Numbered from the stretch's first letter, positions 1 to 9,359 are shown. The stretch is 64,000 nucleotides of DNA from Solirubrobacteraceae bacterium (GCA_036268255.1 DATAUL010000324.1:18372-82371); one strand, 5' to 3'. Notes: generated from the letters alone by a model not told the origin. Made by a program: numbers and translations.

Positions 1-177
1 GGCCGGGCGAGGCCCGACCCCAGGGAGAACGAGGACACCGACTCCGGCCGTCAGCAGGCCGAGAGCTTGCAAGACAGCGGTCACCGGGCCGGCCGATAGA
101 CGACGGCTGGCGACACCAGCGCTGAAGTCGGTGACTCCGAAGGCGAGCGCCGCGCAGAGCGCGAGCACGATGGCCAC
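1..177 (-). CDS. EamA/DMT-family transporter, N-terminal part (runs off window)
   Basis: Manual translation from GTG177 gives MAIVLALCAALAFGVTDFSAGVASRR..., a typical DMT first TM segment; starts 4 bp after the MarR stop. Confidence 0.7.
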   Translation of the reverse strand, partial: MAIVLALCAALAFGVTDFSAGVASRRLSAGPVTAVLQALGLLTAGVGVLVLPGVGPRPA

Positions 178-181
178 TCGC

Positions 182-700
182 TCACCCCGCCTCGTCCGTA
201 GTCGAGGCCACGGAGGCGTCAACCGGGCACGCCTCGCCACAGGCGCTCCAGTCACAGAGCCGGCACAACGTGTCGGCGTCTCCGCGGGAGCGCCCTCGAT
301 GCGACAGCGCCTTCCGGATCAGTCCCGTCAACACCTCGCGCTCATGCGCGGCGAGGGGCGCGAGGAGATCCTCCAGTGCTCGCGAGCGTGCGGCGAGTCC
401 TCGGGCCAACACTCGCCGCCCCGCGGCCGTGATCGTGACGTCGACTTCGCGTCGCCCGGGCTGCCGCGTTCGCACGATCAGCTCAGAAGTCTGCAGACGG
501 TCTAGCAGCCGGACGGTCCCTGACTGTGTGATTCCGAGCCTGTGGAAGAGCCAGTCAACGCTGCACGATGGGTGACTGTCAACGAGGACGAGCGCGGCCA
601 AGCCACGCTCCGGAAGCTCGACGGCATCGGCGGTGGCCTGCTGCGCGGCGTCGGCGCCCAGGGCAATCCAGGCGGACAGCCCGTTGAGACTTGAATTCAT
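182..700 (-). CDS. MarR-family regulator with C-terminal Cys cluster
   Basis: wHTH (LGITQSGTVRLLDRL...GRREVDVTIT) plus CRLCDWSACGEACP tail. Confidence 0.85.
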   Translation of the reverse strand: MNSSLNGLSAWIALGADAAQQATADAVELPERGLAALVLVDSHPSCSVDWLFHRLGITQSGTVRLLDRLQTSELIVRTRQPGRREVDVTITAAGRRVLARGLAARSRALEDLLAPLAAHEREVLTGLIRKALSHRGRSRGDADTLCRLCDWSACGEACPVDASVASTTDEAG

Positions 701-711
701 GACTCAGTCAT
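699..711. promoter_or_regulatory. Palindromic operator ATGACT-C-AGTCAT over the MarR start
   Basis: Perfect 6-bp-arm inverted repeat overlapping the start codon; autorepression site by inference. Confidence 0.6.
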
Positions 712-756
712 ATCAAATGCTCGGCGGGCGCGCCGTCCGGGATGCCAGGCGCTGCC

Positions 757-1221
757 TCAGCGTTGGGGAGCTCGCCGCGTCTCGTCGAGAACGAAGCCGT
801 AGAGAAGATGGTCGGCCGCGAGAGCGAGCCGCTCGGACACCTTCGCGCCTTCGGCGTGCGGAAGCCCGAGCAGCGGGGCCGCCGCCTCGAAGCCGCTCCA
901 GATCAGGAGCCCGTAGGCCGGCCCGGTCCACGACTTGCCGCGCCAGGGCGCCGGCAGCGCCGCGAAGCCCGTCGCCCCGACCGCGCCGAACGCCCAGTGA
1001 CCGAGCTCGACGCCGGCACGTCGGCGACCCGAGGCCTCACCGGCAAGCTGCTGTGGCGGAGCCTGAGACACGAGACCCAGGGAGACGGTCACCACTCGCA
1101 CGCCGGTCATCGCCATCGAGGCGATGGCCCCCCGCAGGGCAGCATGAGCAACATCTCGGGAGCGAGACCCCTGGTTGTGGGCAAGGTGCAGCGACCGTGC
1201 GCCTGCTGCGAACGCGCTCAT
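757..1221 (-). CDS. Hypothetical membrane protein (DUF1440-like)
   Basis: Hydrophobic segments, GHWAFG and HLLYG motifs; ATGA overlap with the upstream ORF. Confidence 0.6.
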   Translation of the reverse strand: MSAFAAGARSLHLAHNQGSRSRDVAHAALRGAIASMAMTGVRVVTVSLGLVSQAPPQQLAGEASGRRRAGVELGHWAFGAVGATGFAALPAPWRGKSWTGPAYGLLIWSGFEAAAPLLGLPHAEGAKVSERLALAADHLLYGFVLDETRRAPQR

Positions 1222-1474
1222 GGTGCCAGTCCATCAAGGGTCTTCACCAGCTGCTTCTCCGTGTCATTGCCGAGCTTCTCGAAGACCACCTTCCCGAGCG
1301 GCGCCGCCAGCTTCGCGACGCCGGCGAACTGCAGCTCATTGCCGACCGGTCCGCCCCCGTTGCGCACGCACCGCTCAGTCCCAGGGCCCCAGTCCTCGGC
1401 GTGAGCAAAGTCAGCGAGGTAAGGGATCACTGCGGCGGCGGCGTGACCGTGAAGGTGCGCGATACGGTCGTCAT
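1218..1474 (-). pseudogene. SRPBCC/polyketide-cyclase family pseudogene
   Basis: MTTVSRTFTVTPPPQ* then a frameshift to IPYLADFAHAEDWGPGT...; the central part of the fold appears deleted (~85 codons remain). Confidence 0.65.
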
Positions 1475-2259
1475 GACGACTTGGCGAGCTGACGCTCGGT
1501 CGCCTTGATCACTCCCGCGCGGTCCTTATGCGCGGTCTCGTATGACCGCGCGGCCTTGATCTGCTCGTCGGTGCAGGTCGGCAATGCGTTCTGGATCTCG
1601 TCGACGGTGAGCTCGTCATAGCCCGGCCACGGCTCATCGCCACGGAGGGACTCGATCCGGCTGGGCACCGTCACTCGCCCCTCGTGACGGCGCTCTCGAA
1701 TGGCGTCAGCGGCTCCGGTCCGGCCCACGTCATAGGACGGGTCGTCCTTGAGCTCGGCACGGACCACGGCCGCCGTCAGCGGCGGGATCTCCCGCATGAT
1801 CACCGCGAGCATCTGCTCCTCATCTCGCCGGATGGTTCGAGCCAACTGTGCGGTCTCCTCATCGCCGAGCAATGAGGCCAGCTGCTCGATCGCGGTGTAG
1901 GTGGCGATCTCAAGCGCCTCGGTCGCGGCCGCGTCCTTGGCGTTCTTCAGCACTTTCTCCTCGCCACCGGATCCGCGCATCAGATCCAGCGGGGTCTTGG
2001 CGAGCGCCAGCGTTTGGCCGACCATCTCCTCCGCGAGACCAACGAGCAGTCCGACCGGATCGTGACTACCGGCGAGCTCGCTGATCCGGCTGGACAGCCG
2101 CCGCGAGTGATCCCGAGTCTCCTCCAGGTGCTTCTCAAGGCTCGATCGATAGGAGCCGGCAGGGGTCATGGCGATCTGCGACTGCAGGACACGAACGAGC
2201 GCGTCCTCGCTGGCCTTCGCCTCCCCGAGATATTGAGCGATCTTCTGGGATGCATTCAT
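1471..2259 (-). CDS. Ferritin-like DUF892 stress protein with C-terminal extension
   Basis: HLEETRDH, EALEIATY and DEEQM ferritin-like motifs; PWPGYDELTVDEI C-terminal domain. Confidence 0.8.
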   Translation of the reverse strand: MNASQKIAQYLGEAKASEDALVRVLQSQIAMTPAGSYRSSLEKHLEETRDHSRRLSSRISELAGSHDPVGLLVGLAEEMVGQTLALAKTPLDLMRGSGGEEKVLKNAKDAAATEALEIATYTAIEQLASLLGDEETAQLARTIRRDEEQMLAVIMREIPPLTAAVVRAELKDDPSYDVGRTGAADAIRERRHEGRVTVPSRIESLRGDEPWPGYDELTVDEIQNALPTCTDEQIKAARSYETAHKDRAGVIKATERQLAKSS

Positions 2260-2337
2260 GTGAGAGATCCAAACGCCGAAGGAACAATTTGGTGGCCGCC
2301 ACGGAAATGCCGGCCCGGACCGGCCACCAGGTTCTGA

Positions 2338-2361
2338 CTACCCTCGCCCGGCGCCGCAACC
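2338..2361 (-). promoter_or_regulatory. Putative SigB/SigF-type promoter GGTTGC-N12-GGGTAG
   Basis: Resembles the GTTT-N-GGGTAT stress-sigma consensus; lies upstream of the DUF892 gene. Confidence 0.5.
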
Positions 2362-2467
2362 CAAGCCGCCCCGCGGAGTGGTCGCCCACCCCCAGATTAG
2401 GACCGGTCTGGGGCTTGTCGGAACGCCCGATCAGGGATATCCTCCTAAGTCGGACCTAGTCCAGATT

Positions 2468-2830
2468 ATGCTGCCACGGCCGACACCCCATGACATCCTC
2501 ACGGTGCGTGCGGAGCGGGAGAGAGTCCGCCTCTGTCCCGGCCCGGTACTCGACGAGCGGGCGCTGAGCCAGCTCGAGAACGAGGCTCGCTCGCTGATCG
2601 ACCGAGGCTTCACGCAGGTGACAGTTGAACTGCGCAAGGTCGAGACCGTCGAGTGGACCACCGCCGCAACGCTCGCCGCAATCGCTCGGTTCGCCCGCCA
2701 CCGCGGCGCCCGCCTTACCGTGGTCGCGGGCAGCTCACCGGCTGTGCGAGAACTCATCGGTGCCGGGCTGATGCAGGATCTCACGCTGGACACCCCAGCG
2801 CCGAGAGCCTTCTTCGACTGGTCACGCTGA
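2468..2830 (+). CDS. STAS-domain protein (anti-anti-sigma-like)
   Basis: STAS-like pattern (VTVELRKVETVEWTTAATLAAIARFARHRGARLTVV); the canonical DSSG serine is not conserved. Confidence 0.65.
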   Translation: MLPRPTPHDILTVRAERERVRLCPGPVLDERALSQLENEARSLIDRGFTQVTVELRKVETVEWTTAATLAAIARFARHRGARLTVVAGSSPAVRELIGAGLMQDLTLDTPAPRAFFDWSR

Positions 2831-2887
2831 AGGTCGGCGCGCAGGGCGCATCGCCGCGAGGATGTCGCAGTGGTGGTCAGCGGCACA

Positions 2888-3856
2888 CTAGTTCCGTGTT
2901 GGGAGGTAGGGCTCACGGTCGGCGGGTTGGCCGGCCTGGATCTGTCGGCCGCGTTCGAGCTCGGCGTTGAGTTCGGCGCCGAACAGGATCACGACGTTGG
3001 TGATCCAGAGCCAGACCAGGAAGATCACCACGCTGGCAAGTGCGCCGTAGGTCTTGTTGTAGGAGCTGAAGTTCGCCACATAGAACGCAAATGCCGCGGA
3101 GGCGATGATCCAGACGATGACGGCGAGGATGCTTCCAGGACTGACCCAGCGGATGCTCGGCTGGCGGACGCTGGGCCCCGCGTAGTAGAGGATCGCGAGG
3201 ATCACGCTGACCAGGAGCAGCATGATCGGCCACTTCGCGATGTCGAACACCGTCACGGCCGTGTGCCCGAGCCCCAGGACGTTGGCCACCTGCGTGGCCA
3301 GGCTGCCGGTGAGTACGACCGCCAGCGCGCTGATGGTGAGCAGGATCACGGTGACGAGGGTGACTCCGAGACGGAGCGGGATCGTCTTCCAGATGGGACG
3401 TCCTTCTTCAACGTCCCAGACGACGTTGGAGGCGCGCATGAATGCCGCGATATAGCCCGATGCCGACCACAGGGAGCCGAGGAGACCGGCGATGAAGAGC
3501 ACACCGGCTGTGCCTTTGCCTGACTGCACGTTGTGGATGGCACTGGTAAAGATCTGCTTGGCCGGTCCGGGCGCAACCTTGCTGAGATTGTCGATGAGCG
3601 GCTGGGTGGCGGAGTGTCCGATCAGTCCGAGCACGGAGACCAGGACGATGATCATCGGGAAGATCGCCAGCACGCCGTAATAGGTCAGAGCCGCCGCCAG
3701 ATCGGTGAGGTTGTCGGCCTTGAACTCGCGCAGGGTGCGCTTGATGACGCCCGGCAGCGCCGCCCGTGGAAGATCGGTCGGCTGATCGGGTGCGCCACGA
3801 CCTCCGGCAGCCGTCGCGGTTACCGCGTGGTGTGTTCCGGTCGCGGATTCACTCAT
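2888..3856 (-). CDS. YihY/virulence factor BrkB family membrane protein
   Basis: AAALTYYGVLAIFP and YNKTYGALASVVIFLVWLW...GAELNAE motifs. Confidence 0.9.
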   Translation of the reverse strand: MSESATGTHHAVTATAAGGRGAPDQPTDLPRAALPGVIKRTLREFKADNLTDLAAALTYYGVLAIFPMIIVLVSVLGLIGHSATQPLIDNLSKVAPGPAKQIFTSAIHNVQSGKGTAGVLFIAGLLGSLWSASGYIAAFMRASNVVWDVEEGRPIWKTIPLRLGVTLVTVILLTISALAVVLTGSLATQVANVLGLGHTAVTVFDIAKWPIMLLLVSVILAILYYAGPSVRQPSIRWVSPGSILAVIVWIIASAAFAFYVANFSSYNKTYGALASVVIFLVWLWITNVVILFGAELNAELERGRQIQAGQPADREPYLPTRN

Positions 3857-4194
3857 CGGCCGAGGCCGGGGGTCGCCGCCGACAGTCGCCGATAGCCGAC
3901 CGTTGCGCCGGCTGCGAGGAGGGATATCGCGACGAACCTGCGGGCGAGATGACGTTCGGGAGGCGGCGGCTGGCGGACCGCGCGCACGATCTGAGTGGTC
4001 GCGACCGCGGCGGCGCTCAACTGGCGGCGGGTCTTGCGATCGCTGACCGCCTTCTTGGCTCCCTTGCCGCGGGCTCGCCTGGTGCCACTGCGCAGGTTGG
4101 AAAATGCGCGGTCGAACTGGTCCTGCACCGCGTCGTCGTCAAGCAATCGCTTGGCGTACGGCGCCAGCCGGGACAGTTGCTCTGAGGCGGGCAT
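3853..4194 (-). CDS. Hypothetical protein with C-terminal TM helix
   Basis: Coupled to both neighbours (TGATG and ATGA overlaps); PYAKRLLDDDAVQ. Confidence 0.65.
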   Translation of the reverse strand: MPASEQLSRLAPYAKRLLDDDAVQDQFDRAFSNLRSGTRRARGKGAKKAVSDRKTRRQLSAAAVATTQIVRAVRQPPPPERHLARRFVAISLLAAGATVGYRRLSAATPGLGR

Positions 4195-4475
4195 CAATTC
4201 TCCTTGGATTCGGGTCGTTCCTCGCCAGGCCACTCACCGGTGAGGCGCGCGAAGCCGCGGCGAGCGCCATGGTCGGCCAGACCCCGCAGAACGCGGAAGA
4301 TCGCTCCCTCCACGAGCAGCGCGCTCGCCAGCTTGCCCAGCGCGACCTGTCGGTGCTTGGGCTGCGGCGCGTCTTCGTCGTCGATCACGCTCCAGAGCAG
4401 CTCAAACGCCTTTTTGCCGACGATGCCGGCCAGCAGACCGACGATGATCCCGACTGGTTTGAAGACCAGATTCAT
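4194..4475 (-). CDS. DUF4235-family membrane protein
   Basis: FKPVGIIVGLLAGIVGKKAFELLW...TGEWPGE. Confidence 0.8.
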   Translation of the reverse strand: MNLVFKPVGIIVGLLAGIVGKKAFELLWSVIDDEDAPQPKHRQVALGKLASALLVEGAIFRVLRGLADHGARRGFARLTGEWPGEERPESKEN

Positions 4476-4828
4476 CGGACGCGCCTGCGTCCGATGACCA
4501 TGCCCAGCACCAGAGCGCTCGCGGGGATCAGCATCGCCCGGTTCTCCTGCACCAGACGTGAGATCCGGCGGCCGGCCTCACCAGCGGAGGCGGGCGCGGC
4601 CTCCTGGGCGGCGGTGACGGCGTCCTGTTTCTTGCCCAACACGGCGTGTCGGGCCTCGGCGGCTTTGTCGCTCACAGTCGTCCGGGCGTTGGTGGCGGCG
4701 CGTTTGGCTTGACTCTTGACGTCGGTCTTGGCGGCGAGCGCCTCGACGGTGTCGCCGAGCTCGGCGCGTGTCTGTTCGATCTCCGCCCGCACATCTTCGG
4801 TCGTGCGGTTCTCCTGCGCGTGGTTCAT
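4472..4828 (-). CDS. DUF3618-domain protein
   Basis: EIEQTRAELGDTVEALAAKTDVK plus C-terminal TM. Confidence 0.85.
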   Translation of the reverse strand: MNHAQENRTTEDVRAEIEQTRAELGDTVEALAAKTDVKSQAKRAATNARTTVSDKAAEARHAVLGKKQDAVTAAQEAAPASAGEAGRRISRLVQENRAMLIPASALVLGMVIGRRRVR

Positions 4829-5226
4829 CACTTCGCCTGCTTGGCCCTGGCCTTCGTCCATTGCACGTCCTCCTTCATGCTCTCGGTGGCTTGCTGCGGC
4901 ACTGGGGGCGTGGCCTGCTGAACCTTCGTCTTTCCCATCAGTGCCAAGACACCCGCGACCACTCCGTAGGCGGCGGCGACGATCAGCGCGGCCAGCCATC
5001 CGGTCATCGCGGTGGCGAGCACCAAGATGACGGCAGCTGTCACTGCGCCCAGTGCGTAGAAGCCGACGGCTCCGGCGCCGCCGAACATCCCAACGCCGAT
5101 CCCGGCGCGCTTGCCCTTCTGCGTCAGCTCGAGCTTGGCGAGTTCGAGCTCCTGACGCACCAGTGTCGAGGTCTGCTCAGAGAGCTCCCTGAGCAGCTCT
5201 CCAACCGGTCGATCCGCTTCAGCCAT
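4828..5226 (-). CDS. Actinobacterial holin-X/DUF1469 membrane protein
   Basis: LVRQELELAKLEL, two TMs, PVPQQATESMKEDVQW. Confidence 0.85.
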   Translation of the reverse strand: MAEADRPVGELLRELSEQTSTLVRQELELAKLELTQKGKRAGIGVGMFGGAGAVGFYALGAVTAAVILVLATAMTGWLAALIVAAAYGVVAGVLALMGKTKVQQATPPVPQQATESMKEDVQWTKARAKQAK

Positions 5227-5344
5227 CCGCTACCTCTTTCCCTGTTCTCAAGAATCGATGGGCGATCCGGAGGAACTGCCCGTGGGTTCCTATGCCCGCG
5301 ACGCACCTGCCTATCCACTGAAAGTGGTGACTCGGTTGTGAACC

Positions 5345-5370
5345 GTTGAAACGGCGGCGGTCACGGGCAT
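5345..5370 (+). promoter_or_regulatory. Putative SigB-type promoter GTTGAA-N14-GGGCAT
   Basis: Consensus-like elements upstream of the TetR-PP2C gene; a second GGGCAT on the minus strand at 5292-5297 precedes the holin operon. Confidence 0.45.
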
Positions 5371-5517
5371 GAATAGGCCCACGAATGGACCGGGACGCTC
5401 ATCAAAACAGAACAGTGTGTTTCAGTTAGCGCCCTATCCAGATCGCGATTAGTAAGATAGCCGCGGCTGATCCGCCGTACACACTAATCATGTCTGGTTC
5501 TCAAGTGCGGGGTTGAA

Positions 5518-6987
5518 ATGAGTCAATCTGTTCCATTTAGAGTTGCGTCAGCTGACGCAAAGCGGGTCGGAGAACAGGCTCCGGCGCGTCGTCAGCGCAG
5601 TGACGCAACCCTGAACCGCGCAAAGATCCTCGACGCGGCCCGACGACTGCTCGCCGAGAATGGCGACGCGAGCATGCGAGCGATCGCCGACGCTGCGGGC
5701 CTGGGGCGCGGCACAGTACACCGTCATTTCGCCACCCGCGAGGAGCTCATGGACGCCGTACGCCAACAGGCGCGCGACGATGCCGACTCCGATGAAGAGG
5801 ACTACCTGCGACCACCAGGAGAGCTGGCCAACGTCAGCACCACGCCGCTCTCGGTCGCGGATGTTCTAAACAAGGTCCCCCCGTTCCAACTTGGAGAACA
5901 GATCATCGCGGAGGCACAGCGCCTCCCGGGCGTGTCCTCCGCGGCGCTGTACGTGATCGATCTCGACGGGGCCAGCATGCAGCGTCTCGCAGGCGTGGCG
6001 ACCTTCCCGGCTCAGGTCACTGCACCACTGGCCGTCGGCCCTGAGGTCCCGCGCGAAGGGGTGGCGGCTGTCCGAGCCGTGTTCGAGGAGCTGCTGCCGG
6101 GCGCGACGGTAGCCCCTCTGCAACTGCGAGGGCGGGCGATCGGAGTTCTCCTCGCGGTCGGCACTGTCACTGACGAGCTGCGTGACCTCGCCTCAGAAGC
6201 CGCCGTCGCCCTGGCGCTTGCGCCCTCGTACACCGATTACATCGACACCGTTCGCCGCACCCGCGCGACCAGCCCGGCCGCCGAGATCCAGCAGAACCTC
6301 CTGCCCCCCCGAATCGCACGAGTCGGCGGAGCCACACTCGCTGGCAACGTTCTGCCCGGCTACGAGATCGGCGGAGACTGGTTCGACTACACAGAAAATC
6401 CCCAAGGAACCTGGATCGGGATCGCGGATTCCGAGGGAACCGGAGCCGCCGCCGCCGGAATCGGGGCCGTCACCCTGGGAGCCTTCAGGTCCGTCCGGCG
6501 CGAATCAGAGGACCCTGCAGAGAGTCTGCTCGCGATGCACCGCGTGCTTCGAGAGCTCGCGGGCGCAGGCGCCACCTCCACCGCGACCGTCGGCCTCTGG
6601 AACGCGCCCGCGTCCACCTTCCGCTGGGTCACCGCCGGGGACGAGCCTCCTCTGCGGATCACGGCGGACGGCCAAATCCGGCCCCTCGAGGGCCAGTTGC
6701 ACCCCGAACTGGGGGCTGAGAATTTCCCCGACACGGTCACCTGCAATACGGCCCGGGTCGACAAGACGGAGCGTCTGCTCCTGCTCTCCGACAGCTTCAC
6801 CGATCCCGATCACGGCCTCGGGCTACCCGCCGTGGCTCGCGCGGTCGCGAAAGCCGACAACAACGCCGCGCCCGCAACCCTCCGAGCGATCGAGGACGCC
6901 CTGCGCGAAGCCCATCCCGACGCACTTGATGACGACTCGACGATCATCGTCCTCGCGCCCAGCGGCATGCTCGGACCAACGAGCTAG
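5518..6987 (+). CDS. TetR-HTH fused to SpoIIE/RsbU-type PP2C phosphatase
   Basis: N-terminal RSDATLNRAKILDAA...IADAAGLGRGTVHRHFATREEL; C-terminal IQQNLLP, GGDWFD, IADSEG, LSDSF and DDST. Confidence 0.85.
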   Translation: MSQSVPFRVASADAKRVGEQAPARRQRSDATLNRAKILDAARRLLAENGDASMRAIADAAGLGRGTVHRHFATREELMDAVRQQARDDADSDEEDYLRPPGELANVSTTPLSVADVLNKVPPFQLGEQIIAEAQRLPGVSSAALYVIDLDGASMQRLAGVATFPAQVTAPLAVGPEVPREGVAAVRAVFEELLPGATVAPLQLRGRAIGVLLAVGTVTDELRDLASEAAVALALAPSYTDYIDTVRRTRATSPAAEIQQNLLPPRIARVGGATLAGNVLPGYEIGGDWFDYTENPQGTWIGIADSEGTGAAAAGIGAVTLGAFRSVRRESEDPAESLLAMHRVLRELAGAGATSTATVGLWNAPASTFRWVTAGDEPPLRITADGQIRPLEGQLHPELGAENFPDTVTCNTARVDKTERLLLLSDSFTDPDHGLGLPAVARAVAKADNNAAPATLRAIEDALREAHPDALDDDSTIIVLAPSGMLGPTS

Positions 6988-7106
6988 CACTTCAGGCGCG
7001 CGGCACATCGCGGTTTTCACGACGGTCTGACCGCGAGCACGAGTGGATAATCGAGCCCGCGTCTTGACCGGCTTCGGGGTCGCGCGCCTCCCGGGTGTCG
7101 CAGGGT

Positions 7107-8267
7107 TCAGGGTGACGGTGGCGCGCCGATAGAGGCGGCGAGCAGCACGGCTGCTCCGCAGAGCAGCGTGGCAGTGAGTCCGATCTGGGCGCTGATGACA
7201 CCGCCGGCGAGTGGGGAGAACAGCAGGCCGGTGGCGTTGGCGCCGGCCACGAGCGCGACGGCCGAGGCAGGCCGGTCGGCGTGGAGCCGAGTCATCGACA
7301 GGACGGTAGCGGCGACCGCGACGTTGTAGGAGACCCCAAACGCGAAGGCTGAGATCATGACCGCCGGGAGGCTCGACGCCCGGGTGGCCAGTAGCGCGGT
7401 TGCTGAGGCTTCGATGCAGGCGCAGAGCATGAAGGTCCGCTTCGCGCCGATCCTGCCGATCGTGTCGGCGGCACCGATGCCGAGGATGCTTCCGATCCCG
7501 GCCAGACCGAGTAGGACACGGCCGGAGGTCACGTCCAACCCAGCAGCTCGAGCGTGTTGGACAGCGAAGGTCCAGTAGGCGCCGCTGCCAAGCCCGATGA
7601 GCAGCGCGCCGGCCGTGATTCGCCAGGCGACGGGACGCAGCTCGCGCAACGCCAAGCGCGATCGCTCAGAGCCAGAGGTGGCGCACCCTCGGGCGGGCAG
7701 GACGCGCGCGGCGTAGATGGTCGATGCCAGGGTGCAGGCAGCAAACCCAAAGTAGGCGACTCGCCAAGAGCTGGCGGCGATGATCGCGATCGGCGCAGCA
7801 ACCGCGACACCCCACCCCGTCCCGCAGTTGACCGAGGCCAGCGCACGGTCGCGAATCTGCTCTGGCAGCTCACGCAGCGCTTCGGCGAACGGCGGGTAGA
7901 CCAGCCCGGCACTCGCGCCCGCGATCCCGACACCGGCAGCGAGCGCGAGCGAGTCGCGAGACACAGCGATCACGATCGTGCCGCCCACTCCAAGCAGGCC
8001 ACCGATGATCACGGTCGCCCGAGGCCCACGACGTCTGACGCAAGGATCGACCATGGCAGCCGCGACGATGTAGGTGAGGTAGGCCAGGGTGCCGATCGCG
8101 CCCAGCTCCGTTTCGCCCAGGACCAGGCTGTGCTTGATATCGGGCAGCAGCAGTCCATAGCCGTAACGGGCCATGCCGAAAGCGGTCGCAACCGACGCCG
8201 ACCCGGCGACCGCCAGCGATATCCCTGCACGCCGCGCGGAGGCAGCCCTCACGGCCTGGGTGGTCAC
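7107..8267 (-). CDS. MFS transporter (YbfB/YjiJ-like)
   Basis: FGMARYGYGLLLP motif, ~12 hydrophobic segments, GTGA-coupled to the MarR. Confidence 0.85.
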   Translation of the reverse strand: MTTQAVRAASARRAGISLAVAGSASVATAFGMARYGYGLLLPDIKHSLVLGETELGAIGTLAYLTYIVAAAMVDPCVRRRGPRATVIIGGLLGVGGTIVIAVSRDSLALAAGVGIAGASAGLVYPPFAEALRELPEQIRDRALASVNCGTGWGVAVAAPIAIIAASSWRVAYFGFAACTLASTIYAARVLPARGCATSGSERSRLALRELRPVAWRITAGALLIGLGSGAYWTFAVQHARAAGLDVTSGRVLLGLAGIGSILGIGAADTIGRIGAKRTFMLCACIEASATALLATRASSLPAVMISAFAFGVSYNVAVAATVLSMTRLHADRPASAVALVAGANATGLLFSPLAGGVISAQIGLTATLLCGAAVLLAASIGAPPSP

Positions 8268-8812
8268 GCTCGCTGCTGCGGGCGGGGCGACCCGGCGGCC
8301 ATGGTGTGCTCCAACGGACAGCCCGGTCCCGAGCTACAGGTGTCTCGATCGCATAGGCGACACGTGCGGGTGGCGCCGGCACGATCGTCGGCCAAACGCG
8401 CGACGACGGTGCCGAGCACACGCTCCAGGTCGGCCTGCTCTTCCGAGGACAGCCCCGCGAGCATGTCGACCAGGACGTCAGACCGAGCCGCCAGGATCTC
8501 GTCGACCAGGCCACGGCCACGCCCGGTGAGCACGAGCGCCACGGTCCGACGGTCTCGCCCGGGCTGTCGCTGCACCCACCCACGGTCCACGCATCGATCG
8601 ATCAGACGCACAGTCGCCGGCTGAGAGCGACCCACCACGGAGGCCAGTTCGTTGACCGACGTCCGCGGCCAGGCCTGCAGGTGCACCAAGGCACCGGCCT
8701 CAGTCTCGTCAATCACAGCCGGCGAAGACGGCGAGTGAGCCACGCCATCGCGAAGACGGTCGACCGCAGACAGCGAAACGACACCCAGCAGTTGAGCCAC
8801 CCGGGACGACAC
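8264..8812 (-). CDS. MarR-family regulator with C-terminal Cys cluster
   Basis: wHTH (SQPATVRLIDR...DRRTVALVLT) plus CRLCDRDTCSSGPGCP; GTG8812 lies 6 nt after a perfect TATAAT (leaderless). Confidence 0.85.
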   Translation of the reverse strand: MSSRVAQLLGVVSLSAVDRLRDGVAHSPSSPAVIDETEAGALVHLQAWPRTSVNELASVVGRSQPATVRLIDRCVDRGWVQRQPGRDRRTVALVLTGRGRGLVDEILAARSDVLVDMLAGLSSEEQADLERVLGTVVARLADDRAGATRTCRLCDRDTCSSGPGCPLEHTMAAGSPRPQQRA

Positions 8813-8818
8813 CCCACC

Positions 8819-8852
8819 ATTATATGTGCGACGCATCTAATGCGCCACGCAT
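8819..8852. promoter_or_regulatory. -10 TATAAT plus tandem ATG-N7-CAT operators
   Basis: ATGTGCGACGCAT at 8824-8836 and ATGCGCCACGCAT at 8840-8852. Confidence 0.6.
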
Positions 8853-8901
8853 AAGAGAGAGTGCCCGCCGCCAGGCTTCCCATGCCAAGCTTCGCCCACC
8901 G

Positions 8902-9285
8902 ATGACCTCGGCTCCTCAGCCCGCCGCGGGCGGCCCGGAGATACGGCTTGCCACCTACGGCACCCTGGCACCAGGGCGCCAGAACCACCACCAGCTCGAC
9001 GGCTTGCCCGGACGCTGGCTCACCGGCCACGTACACGGCACACTGAACCAAGCCGGCTGGGGCGCGAAACTTGGATACCCCGGATTGACCCTCGACCCCG
9101 GGGGCTCGCCGGTCGAGGTGTACGTCTTCGAATCCTCAGCACTGCCCCGCCACTGGGACCGACTGGACGCTTTCGAGGGCCCCGGCTACGTGCGCATCGC
9201 AGCCGAGGTGTCCACAGCCGAGGGCGATCTCCCGGCCTCGATCTACGTTCTGGCACAGCCGACCACCGGGCGTCACCCGGCGTAG
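8902..9285 (+). CDS. Gamma-glutamylcyclotransferase (AIG2-like) family protein
   Basis: LATYGTLAPG...LDAFEGPGY. Confidence 0.85.
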   Translation: MTSAPQPAAGGPEIRLATYGTLAPGRQNHHQLDGLPGRWLTGHVHGTLNQAGWGAKLGYPGLTLDPGGSPVEVYVFESSALPRHWDRLDAFEGPGYVRIAAEVSTAEGDLPASIYVLAQPTTGRHPA

Positions 9286-9359
9286 CGCGCACCCCGAGGA
9301 CTCCTTGGCACGAACCGGCTCCTGTTCCGGGAGTCGCGGCGCGTGCCAGGATTGGCTGT

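Noticed and set aside
4828-5226. Prophage suggested by a 'phage holin family' gene
   Set aside because: This family routinely sits with DUF3618 and YihY in actinobacterial chromosomes, and there are no phage genes in the window.
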